From assembly GCA_019694155.1 (NCBI GenBank), contig JAIBCN010000104.1:1-14663 (forward strand): DNA of 14,663 bases. The letters run 5' to 3'. This DNA is from Vicinamibacteria bacterium (GTDB taxonomy: Bacteria; Acidobacteriota; Vicinamibacteria; Fen-336; JAGNNV01). Below, piece by piece: positions 7,047-14,663 of this stretch. The notes under the pieces are model-generated. The model did no database searches. It worked only from the letters and a program-made list of their open reading frames with translations, and was not told where the DNA came from. Every line of letters starts with the position of its first letter. Position 1 is the stretch's first letter. The position numbers were made by a program, and so were the translations under genes.

Positions 7047-8684
7047 ATGTCCGCTGTGCGCCCAATCGTCGAAGTCGCGAAAGACCTGGGAATCGCCCGG
7101 GAACACCTCATCCCGTACGGCGACGACAAAGCCAAGATCCGGCTCGAAGCCTTGAAGCCGGGAGCGAAGCGCGGAAAGCTGATCCTCGTCTCCGCCATCA
7201 CGCCCACCTCGGCGGGCGAAGGCAAGACGACGACGTCCATCGGCCTCGCTCAGGGTCTCGCGAAGATCGGCGAGAAGGTTTGCCTCGCCCTGCGTGAGCC
7301 CTCGCTCGGGCCCACCTTCGGGGTGAAGGGCGGCGCCACCGGCGGCGGCAAGTCCATCGTGGTGCCCGCCGAGGACATCAATCTCCACTTCACCGGCGAT
7401 TTCCACGCCATCACCTCCGCGAACAACCTGCTCGCGTCCCTGGTCGACAACCACATCCACGCGGGGAACGCCCGCGGCATCGACCCGCGGAAGATCCTGT
7501 GGCGCCGGGTCATCGACTTGAATGACCGTTCGCTGCGGCGCGTGATCATCGGGCTCGGCGGCGCGCTCGAAGGCGTCCCGCGCGAGACCGGCTTCGACAT
7601 CACACCCGCCTCCGAGATCATGGCCGTCTTGTGCCTGTCGAAGGACCGCGAAGATCTCCGCCTGCGACTCGGCCGGCTCCTCGTCGCCGTCGACAAGGAC
7701 GGCGCGCCCGTCACCGCGAACGACCTCAAGGCGACCGGGGCCCTGATGATCCTGCTCAAGGACGCGATCCAGCCGAACCTCGTGCAGACCTGCGAGGGCG
7801 TTCCCGCGTTCGTCCACGGCGGACCCTTCGCGAACATCGCGCACGGCTGCAACTCCGTGATCGCCACCAACATGGCCCTCGCCCACGCCGACTGGGCGGT
7901 CACCGAGGCGGGCTTCGGTCTCGACCTCGGCGCGGAGAAGTTCATCGACATCAAGTGCGCCTCCGCCGGCCTCGAAACCGCGGCCATCGTGCTCGTGGCC
8001 ACCATTCGCGCGCTCAAGCGCCACGGCGGCCTCCTCAAGGACGACCTCGCGACACCCGACGCGAAGGCGGTGGAACGCGGTCTCCCGAACCTCGAGAAGC
8101 ACATCGAGAACGCGCGGCAGTTCGGTCACACTCCGATCGTGGCCTTGAACCGCTTCGCCACCGACGGCCCCGACGAACTCGCGGTGGTGCGCTCGGCCTG
8201 CGAGCGTCTCGGCGTTCCCTGCGCCGACGCGGAGATCTTCGCGAAGGGCGGGGACGGGGGCATGGAACTCGCCCGCGCCGTGGTGAAGCACGCGCAAACA
8301 CCTTCGCCCATGAAGCGGATCTACGACTGGAACGAGCCGCTCAAGCAGAAGATCGAGAAGATCTGCACGAAGATCTACGGAGCCGCCGCCGTCACCTACT
8401 CGGCCGCGGCCGAGCGCGACCTCAAGCAGGCCGAACGCCTCGGCTTCGCGGGAGCGCCCGTGTGCATGGCCAAGACCCAGATGTCGCTGTCGGACGACGC
8501 CAACAAGCCCGGACGCCCCACTGGTTTCACGGTCAACGTCAAGAGCGTGGTCATCGCGGCGGGCGCCGGGTTCGTGGTGCCCCTTCTCGGCGACATCATC
8601 CGCATGCCCGGGCTCAACGCGTCGCCCCAGGCGGAGCGCATGGACCTCGTCGACGGCAAGGTCATCGGCCTGCTCGGCGGCTGA
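7047..8684 (+). CDS. fhs: Formate--tetrahydrofolate ligase (formyltetrahydrofolate synthetase)
   Basis: 545 aa. Signature nucleotide-binding segment LVSAITPTSAGEGKTTTSIGL. Conserved FTHFS blocks (NLHFTGDFHAITSANNLL, IDLNDRSLR, VHGGPFANIAHGCNS). Length typical of the family. Good SD sequence. Confidence 0.95.
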   Translation: MSAVRPIVEVAKDLGIAREHLIPYGDDKAKIRLEALKPGAKRGKLILVSAITPTSAGEGKTTTSIGLAQGLAKIGEKVCLALREPSLGPTFGVKGGATGGGKSIVVPAEDINLHFTGDFHAITSANNLLASLVDNHIHAGNARGIDPRKILWRRVIDLNDRSLRRVIIGLGGALEGVPRETGFDITPASEIMAVLCLSKDREDLRLRLGRLLVAVDKDGAPVTANDLKATGALMILLKDAIQPNLVQTCEGVPAFVHGGPFANIAHGCNSVIATNMALAHADWAVTEAGFGLDLGAEKFIDIKCASAGLETAAIVLVATIRALKRHGGLLKDDLATPDAKAVERGLPNLEKHIENARQFGHTPIVALNRFATDGPDELAVVRSACERLGVPCADAEIFAKGGDGGMELARAVVKHAQTPSPMKRIYDWNEPLKQKIEKICTKIYGAAAVTYSAAAERDLKQAERLGFAGAPVCMAKTQMSLSDDANKPGRPTGFTVNVKSVVIAAGAGFVVPLLGDIIRMPGLNASPQAERMDLVDGKVIGLLGG

Positions 8685-8705
8685 GCCTGCTACCGCCCCG
8701 AGGGG

Positions 8706-9461
8706 TCAGAAGTCCACGCGGGTGCGGCCGCCGCGGATGGGGATGGCGGGGCCCGCGTCCGTCAACGCATCGATCTCGATCGCGCGCGCGAGGAGGATCG
8801 CATGGACCTCCTGAGGGATTCCCTCCGGGGCGGGGACGCGCTGCTCGGAGAGCGACTTCGCCAGGCGCTTGAGTCGGCTCGCCACCGCAACGTCCTTCTC
8901 GGCCGCGGCGAGGGCCGTGAGCTCCTTCGCCGCCCGTGAGACCGCGGCCGGGTCGAGGCCCTTCGCGCGCAACGGCCGCAGCCACAGGCGGTACGCCACA
9001 CGCTCGATGTAGTGATACTCATCGGGCGTCATCCCCGCTTCGCGGAAGGCGTCCATCTGCCCGCTCACGGAACCGCCCACGCCCTGGAGAAGGCTCTCGA
9101 TCTCGGAGAGACTCGGCCGCTCGTCGCGCTTCATGGTCCCCGCGGGAAACGGGTTCTTCGCATCGATGGCGTCGACCCGGCGGCGCAGCGCGAGGAACCG
9201 GTCGAGTTGCTCCGCGGACACTGACACTGACGCGGGCTCTTTGAAAGGATGCTCACGGCTCCAGGCCTCGAAGTCCTTCTGGGCGCCCTGCATCTGCGCG
9301 ATCGGCCGGTAGATCCTCCCGCCCTCACGGACAAGGGTGGGTCCGACGAGGGCGAGCAGCAGCGCCATGAGGCCGGCGCCCACGGCGAGCGCGATCAGGC
9401 AGCCTTTCGCTTTCACGGGGTGATTATCCACCTCGCCGGGGTCCGCGCGCTTGCACACCAT
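8706..9461 (-). CDS. Hypothetical membrane-anchored protein. One N-terminal transmembrane helix and a soluble, probably periplasmic domain.
   Basis: 251 aa. Basic N-region (MVCKRADPGEVDNHPVKAK) followed by a 25-residue hydrophobic helix (GCLIALAVGAGLMALLLALVGPTLV). No family motif I can recognise. No clear SD sequence. Start uncertain. Confidence 0.45.
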   Translation of the reverse strand: MVCKRADPGEVDNHPVKAKGCLIALAVGAGLMALLLALVGPTLVREGGRIYRPIAQMQGAQKDFEAWSREHPFKEPASVSVSAEQLDRFLALRRRVDAIDAKNPFPAGTMKRDERPSLSEIESLLQGVGGSVSGQMDAFREAGMTPDEYHYIERVAYRLWLRPLRAKGLDPAAVSRAAKELTALAAAEKDVAVASRLKRLAKSLSEQRVPAPEGIPQEVHAILLARAIEIDALTDAGPAIPIRGGRTRVDF

Positions 9462-9488
9462 CGATCAAGGGACCATACTGCGCCGATC

Positions 9489-10679
9489 ATGGGGTGGATC
9501 CTGAGACCCGCGGCGGCGGCGCTTCTCGCCTCGGCCCTCGCCTCGACCGCCTCCGGCGCCCAGACCCTGGTCACGCTACGGGAGGGGCCGGCGCTCGACG
9601 CCTTCGAACGTCGCTTCATCATCGATGACCGCGAACGCAAAGACCCCGATGCCTGGAGCTACCTGAGCACCGGCTTGAAAGGCGCGCTCCAGGTCCTCGA
9701 GAGCACCCACGGCTTCCGGGCCGCGCATGCCTACTCGAAGGTGATCCGCGGGTTCACTGCCGACCTCAACGAGACGCAGATCGAGGGCCTGCGTTACGAG
9801 CCCCTCGTCGAGTCCATGACCGTGACCGTGGACATGGCTTCGACCGAACAGCGCGTTCCCTGGGGCGTGACCCGGGTGGCGGCTGCGGGGACGGGAGAGG
9901 GCTCGACCAGGTCCGAGGTCGGGGGTGTAACCGTGTACGTCGTCGACTCCGGCATCGACGCGTCGAACCCCGACCTCAACGTCGTGCGACACGTGAACTT
10001 CGCCGGAGGGCCTGACACCGACTGCAACGGTCACGGTACGCACGTCGCGGGCATCATCGGCGCCCGTGACAATGACATCGGCGTGCTCGGCGTCGCCCCC
10101 GGCGTCGCGCTCGTGGGGGTCAAGGTCGTCGACTGCTCCGGCGAAGGAACGAGCGCCACCATCCTCAAGGGCATCGACTGGGTCGCGGCCACGGCCACAG
10201 GCCCGGCGGTGGTGAACCTGAGCCTGGGCGGCGGCATCGCTCCTCTGCTCGACGAGGCGATCCGCTCGGCGACCGCGCAGGGGATCTTTTTCGCCATCGC
10301 GGCGGGAAACGCCGCCACCGACGCCTGCCTGCTGTCGCCATCCCTCAACGGCGTCGCCCCGGGAATCGTGACCGTGGGCGCGAGCGACGTGAACGAAATG
10401 GAGGCGCCCTTCTCCAACTTCGGCGGATGCGTGGACCTGTGGGCCCCCGGGGTCGGGCTCGCGTCCACCGGCCGTGGTCCGGACGGCGGTCTGCCGGTTC
10501 GGTCAGGCACGTCGATGGCGGCGCCCCATGTGGCGGGGGCGGCCGCGCGCTTTCTGTCCTTGTATCGGCAGGCGACGCCCGCCGCGGTCGAGGAAGCTCT
10601 GATTGCGTCGAGCGTCATTCCCGGCACGGCCAGCAAAGACGGCCGCACCATTCTCCGGATGCGCGTCCCCGAGTCCTAA
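9489..10679 (+). CDS. Secreted subtilisin-like serine peptidase (S8 family, proteinase-K-like) with an I9 inhibitor propeptide. True start is internal to the tracked ORF.
   Basis: From the ATG at 9489: signal peptide MGWILRPAAAALLASALASTASGAQ. I9-like propeptide (HAYSKVIRGFTADLNETQIEGLRYEPLVESM). Catalytic triad motifs VYVVDSGID (Asp), HGTHVAGIIG (His), GTSMAAPHVAG (Ser). Confidence 0.9.
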   Translation: MGWILRPAAAALLASALASTASGAQTLVTLREGPALDAFERRFIIDDRERKDPDAWSYLSTGLKGALQVLESTHGFRAAHAYSKVIRGFTADLNETQIEGLRYEPLVESMTVTVDMASTEQRVPWGVTRVAAAGTGEGSTRSEVGGVTVYVVDSGIDASNPDLNVVRHVNFAGGPDTDCNGHGTHVAGIIGARDNDIGVLGVAPGVALVGVKVVDCSGEGTSATILKGIDWVAATATGPAVVNLSLGGGIAPLLDEAIRSATAQGIFFAIAAGNAATDACLLSPSLNGVAPGIVTVGASDVNEMEAPFSNFGGCVDLWAPGVGLASTGRGPDGGLPVRSGTSMAAPHVAGAAARFLSLYRQATPAAVEEALIASSVIPGTASKDGRTILRMRVPES

Positions 10680-10687
10680 CACGAAGG

Positions 10688-10713
10688 CGCCCGGCCGGGG
10701 AAACGACCGGGCG
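10688..10713. terminator. GC-rich hairpin between the convergent S8 peptidase and cytochrome c genes. Candidate bidirectional terminator.
   Basis: cgcccggccg / cgaccgggcg: 10 pairs with one mismatch, 6-nt loop gggaaa. It sits 9 nt after the peptidase stop and 8 nt after the cytochrome c stop. The minus-strand downstream flank cuucguguu is moderately U-rich. Confidence 0.4.
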
Positions 10714-10721
10714 GCTCGGCG

Positions 10722-11426
10722 TCAGTGCTTGCCGGGATCGAGAGGCGTGCCCTTTCGGGTCGACAGGATGTACGCCTCGACCGATCGCAGGACGGGGTCG
10801 TTCTCGGCGAGCGGCTTGCCCTTGAGCGGGTTCTCGATGCACCAGTTGATCATGTCGCGCAGCAGCGCCACCTTCTTCGTCTGACTCTGGAACTTCGGAT
10901 AAGTCTCGGGGTGCGTATTCGAGCCGTCGGGATGACACATGTCGCAGGAGATCCCGATCGTGCCTCCGAGGGCCTTGGCGCTGTGATAGTTCTTGTAGCC
11001 CTCGTCGATCCACTTCTTCTCCTCGCGCTGCCAGAGCTGCAGGTCGCGCGCGGTGAACTTCGTGGGCTGCGCGGCCTGCGCCGCAGCCGGCGGCGCCTGA
11101 GCGGCTTCCGCGCCGCCCGATCGCGCCGCCGTCTCGAGCGGGACGTTCCGCTGCCAGGCTGCCCATCGCTCCTCGCCCTGGGAACGACGCCACGACTGGA
11201 GCATCTGCGCCGCCACCTCCTTCGCCCGCTCGGGCTGGAGGACCTCTCCGGGCTTGAGGCCGGGCACGCTCATGACGGTCTCGCCGTCGCACAAGGTGAC
11301 GCTCACGTCCGCGGCCTGGGCGGCGCCGCTTCGGGCGGGGCCATCGGAAGCGCTCACTCTCGACGCGCCGACCGCGAGGCACGAGACGGCGATCACGAAC
11401 AGGATTCGGTTCTGGATTCTGGTCAT
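10722..11426 (-). CDS. Exported mono-haem c-type cytochrome. N-terminal signal/anchor, Ala/Gln-rich linker, C-terminal CxxCH domain.
   Basis: 234 aa. Hydrophobic N-terminus MTRIQNRILFVIAVSCLAVGASRVSA. Low-complexity linker AARSGGAEAAQAPPAAAQAAQP. A single haem-binding motif CDMCH in a class-I-like cytochrome c domain. An AGGAG SD sequence (11433-11437, minus strand) overlaps the stop codon of the upstream phosphoesterase gene. Confidence 0.8.
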   Translation of the reverse strand: MTRIQNRILFVIAVSCLAVGASRVSASDGPARSGAAQAADVSVTLCDGETVMSVPGLKPGEVLQPERAKEVAAQMLQSWRRSQGEERWAAWQRNVPLETAARSGGAEAAQAPPAAAQAAQPTKFTARDLQLWQREEKKWIDEGYKNYHSAKALGGTIGISCDMCHPDGSNTHPETYPKFQSQTKKVALLRDMINWCIENPLKGKPLAENDPVLRSVEAYILSTRKGTPLDPGKH

Positions 11427-11435
11427 GAGGGGCTC

Positions 11436-12533
<1,098 letters not shown>

Positions 12534-12585
12534 GTTGATGCTTCCTCCAGGACTCCTGAGCGTTCAGGCACGGCCACGGCTGCGG

Positions 12586-13704
12586 CTACTTCTTCGGATC
12601 GCGGAGCTGCGGACGGTTGGCGGCGCCCTCGCCCTGACCGGTCAGCGATTCCATGAAGGCGACGAGGTCGTGCATCTCGTCGTGGGTGAGCTTGAGGGGC
12701 GTGATGCCGCCATCGAGGAAGGGGTTGGGCTCGCCTCCCCGGTTGTAGTACTCCACCACGCTGATCAGCGTCGGCTCGCTGCCGTCATGCATGTAGGGGG
12801 CGGTGAGGGCGATGTCGCGCAGCCCCGACGACTTGAAGGCCCCGAGATCCTTCGGCTGCCGGGTGGCGATGAACCGGCCCAGCTCCGAGAAGTTCGGGTC
12901 GAAGGCGAGGGACTCGAGATTCTCGACCGTCGCGGCCTTGCGGGCCAGGCTCGCGAAGTCGCGGTTCTTCGCCGCGATGCCGATGTTGTGGAACTTGTTG
13001 TCCGAGAAATTCGGGGTGTTGGCGGCGAACGGGTGACAGGTGTTGCACCGCGCCTTGCCGTTCCACAGCGCCCAGCCCCGCTGGGCGGACTCGGACATGG
13101 CCAGCTTGTCGCCGGCCTGGAACCGGTCGAACGCCGAATCCCCGCTCACCACCGTGCGCTCGAAGGTCGCAATGGCGGCCGCGATGTCGTCGATGTTGAC
13201 GGCGCGCCCGAAGATCCTCGGGAAGTCCGCGGCGTAACCTGGGTCCCTGGCGACCGCCGCCACCACCGCGCCGTGATCCTTCATTCCCATCTCGACCGGG
13301 TTGATCATCGGGCCCTTGGCCTGTTCTTCAAGGGTCGCGGCGCGCCCATCCCAGAACTGGAACTCGTTGAACATCGAGTTCAGCACGGTCGGCGAGTTAC
13401 GGGCGCCTTTCTTTCCGGAAATGCCCTCCCCGACCTTCTTACCGTCCGCGAAGCCCTTCTCGGGGTCGTGACACGTCGCGCACGAGACGGTTCCGTCCGC
13501 GGACAGGCGCTTGTCGTAGTAAAGCCTGCGCCCGAGCTCGGTCTTCTCGGGAGTTACCGCATTGTCAGGCGGGATCAGGATCTCCCACAGATCAGCGGGC
13601 AGGCCCTTGGGGAGTGTCACGACGCCTCCTGCGGCGCGGACCAGCGGGATGGACGTGACGATAACCGCGACGAATACAACGACTCGCCGATACGTGCGTG
13701 TCAT
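12586..13704 (-). CDS. Di-haem cytochrome c peroxidase (bacterial CCP/MauG family), Sec-exported. Preferred start is the ATG at 13704.
   Basis: Two CxxCH motifs (SCATCHD and RCNTCHP). CCP-family signature NSPTVLNSMFNEFQFWDGRA with the conserved inter-haem Trp. LTAPYMHDGS near the C-terminus. Signal peptide MTRTYRRVVVFVAVIVTSIPLVRAAGG from the ATG at 13704. GAGG SD sequence 8 nt upstream. The tracked ORF starts 9 codons earlier, at 13731. Confidence 0.9.
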   Translation of the reverse strand: MTRTYRRVVVFVAVIVTSIPLVRAAGGVVTLPKGLPADLWEILIPPDNAVTPEKTELGRRLYYDKRLSADGTVSCATCHDPEKGFADGKKVGEGISGKKGARNSPTVLNSMFNEFQFWDGRAATLEEQAKGPMINPVEMGMKDHGAVVAAVARDPGYAADFPRIFGRAVNIDDIAAAIATFERTVVSGDSAFDRFQAGDKLAMSESAQRGWALWNGKARCNTCHPFAANTPNFSDNKFHNIGIAAKNRDFASLARKAATVENLESLAFDPNFSELGRFIATRQPKDLGAFKSSGLRDIALTAPYMHDGSEPTLISVVEYYNRGGEPNPFLDGGITPLKLTHDEMHDLVAFMESLTGQGEGAANRPQLRDPKK

Positions 13705-13789
13705 GGTGCCAACCTCGTTCGGATGGTACATCCGCGAGAGCCGGACGCGTCCAATTACTTTTGCCTATACCTGCGAATTGTTTGCGACA

Positions 13790-13804
13790 GGCGCGGTGCG
13801 CGCC
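13790..13804. promoter_or_regulatory. Perfect palindrome GGCGCG-gtg-CGCGCC in the spacer upstream of the peroxidase operon. Candidate operator.
   Basis: A 6-bp inverted repeat with a 3-bp spacer, inside the only clearly AT-richer intergenic region of the window (13732-13844). Confidence 0.25.
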
Positions 13805-13827
13805 GGCGACGAGGACAGCGAATACTT

Positions 13828-13843
13828 TGCGGACCGCTCCGCA
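13828..13843. promoter_or_regulatory. Perfect palindrome TGCGGA-ccgc-TCCGCA immediately downstream of the amidohydrolase stop. Either an operator for the peroxidase operon or a terminator hairpin.
   Basis: A 6-bp inverted repeat with a 4-nt spacer. It lies 2 nt after the amidohydrolase stop codon (13845-13847, minus strand) and 124 nt upstream of the peroxidase start. The minus-strand downstream flank aaaguauucg is only weakly U-containing. Confidence 0.3.
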
Positions 13844-13844
13844 G

Positions 13845-14663
13845 TTAGTGCGTTACGCCCGCGACGAGATCCTTGATGTCGAAGGCGCGCCCGTTGACCA
13901 TGACGCGCCTGACCCTGTATGCGGCGCTGATGTCCTCGAGAGGGTTGCCTTCCACCAGTACGAGATCGGCGAGACGGCCGGCTTCGACGGCGCCTGCCTC
14001 GAGGCCGAGCGCCTCCGCTGGTGTCAGAGTGGCGGCCCGGAGGGCCTGGTAGGGCGTCAGTCCCGCGTTGACGTAACCCGCCAGCTCCCCGTGGAGATTC
14101 ACTGCGTTAGGCGAGTCCGTTCCCGCCACCACCCGGGCGCCGGCCCTCAGGAGGTCCAAAACCATGCGGCCGGGCCCCGCGGGGTCTCCGGTGTCGACAC
14201 CGGGCGGAGCGGTCACCCGGCCGCTGGCGTAGGCCGCGACCTGCTCCCGCATCCACTGCGGGTAGAGCGCGAATCTTGCGTCCTTGCCGAGGTCCGGGTT
14301 CTTCGCGAAGACGAGACGCGTGCCCGCGTTCGCGATCATCGGGCAGAAGATGGTCTGGGACCGGCCGAAGATCTGGATGACGTCTGCGTAGCTCCGTTGA
14401 AACGTGCTCATCTTCGGGGAGTAGCCGCGCCGGCTGGTGGCCGCGACGTGCTCGGTGTTGTCGACACCCACGAAGGCCGAGGGGTAGACCTCGTGGGTCG
14501 CCACCGGGATGCCGTTCGCGTGCGCGAATTCGACCATGCGGCGCTGCTGAAGGTCGGTCATGCGCACATAGCTCTTCACGAGGTCGTGCTCGAGGACCTT
14601 CGCGCGCTGCAACTCCATTTCGAGCTGGCCCGGGCTGGAGATCGCGATGCCCATCTTGTAGTA
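13845..14663 (-). CDS. Amidohydrolase-family metal-dependent hydrolase. C-terminal portion only: the gene continues past the window end.
   Basis: The 269-aa C-terminal translation contains VVAGTDSPN and the typical amidohydrolase C-terminal DLVLVEGNPLEDI...VMVNGR. The reading frame stays open through 14663, so the start lies beyond the window. Confidence 0.7.
   Translation of the reverse strand, partial: YYKMGIAISSPGQLEMELQRAKVLEHDLVKSYVRMTDLQQRRMVEFAHANGIPVATHEVYPSAFVGVDNTEHVAATSRRGYSPKMSTFQRSYADVIQIFGRSQTIFCPMIANAGTRLVFAKNPDLGKDARFALYPQWMREQVAAYASGRVTAPPGVDTGDPAGPGRMVLDLLRAGARVVAGTDSPNAVNLHGELAGYVNAGLTPYQALRAATLTPAEALGLEAGAVEAGRLADLVLVEGNPLEDISAAYRVRRVMVNGRAFDIKDLVAGVTH

Noticed and set aside
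6867-8297. The upstream 477 codons of the 821-aa minus-strand ORF
   Set aside because: Only the last 344 codons (from the ATG at 6866) form a protein with a signal peptide and barrel features. The remainder is antisense to fhs and has no protein-like composition.
8685-8705. ccccgagggg mini-palindrome between the convergent fhs and hypothetical genes
   Set aside because: A 3-4 bp stem with a 2-4 nt loop is too weak to call a terminator.

Overview
This is a 14.7 kb, high-GC (about 68-70%) bacterial chromosomal segment. It carries 12 protein-coding genes, one of them truncated at the 3' window edge, with short intergenic spacers. I could not support any rRNA, tRNA, CRISPR array, transposase/integrase or phage hallmark.

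Gene order, left to right:
- a HisC-family pyridoxal-phosphate (PLP) aminotransferase with an apparent twin-arginine (TAT) signal (-)
- a KirBac-type inward-rectifier K+ channel (-)
- a large flotillin-like membrane-raft-scaffold protein of the SPFH/Band-7 family (SPFH: stomatin/prohibitin/flotillin/HflK-C), with internal tandem repeats (+)
- a TetA-like major facilitator superfamily (MFS) efflux transporter (-), preceded on the same strand by a signal-peptide outer-membrane beta-barrel protein (-)
- formate--tetrahydrofolate ligase fhs (+)
- a membrane-anchored hypothetical protein (-), divergent from a secreted subtilisin/S8 peptidase with an I9 propeptide (+)
- a tightly packed three-gene exported module: di-haem cytochrome c peroxidase, then a TAT-signal metallophosphoesterase (MPE), then a mono-haem cytochrome c (all -)
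- the C-terminal part of an amidohydrolase (-)

Several very long ORFs in the six-frame track (871, 821, 643, 499, 463 and 438 aa) are antisense or out-of-frame GC-bias artefacts that overlap the real genes. Several true starts are internal to the tracked ORFs (hisC-like, outer-membrane protein, S8 peptidase, cytochrome c peroxidase).

I see no defence or mobile system. The most unusual things I can support are:
- the exported cytochrome c peroxidase-metallophosphoesterase-cytochrome c operon
- a flotillin whose SPFH N-terminus has been expanded into 4-5 tandem repeats of about 73 aa, with near-identical DNA cores
- a TAT-exported HisC-like aminotransferase
- an outer-membrane protein plus TetA-like MFS pair with no membrane-fusion protein
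- two perfect palindromes in the AT-richer spacer upstream of the peroxidase operon

All functional calls are from motif recognition by eye. No database search was possible.
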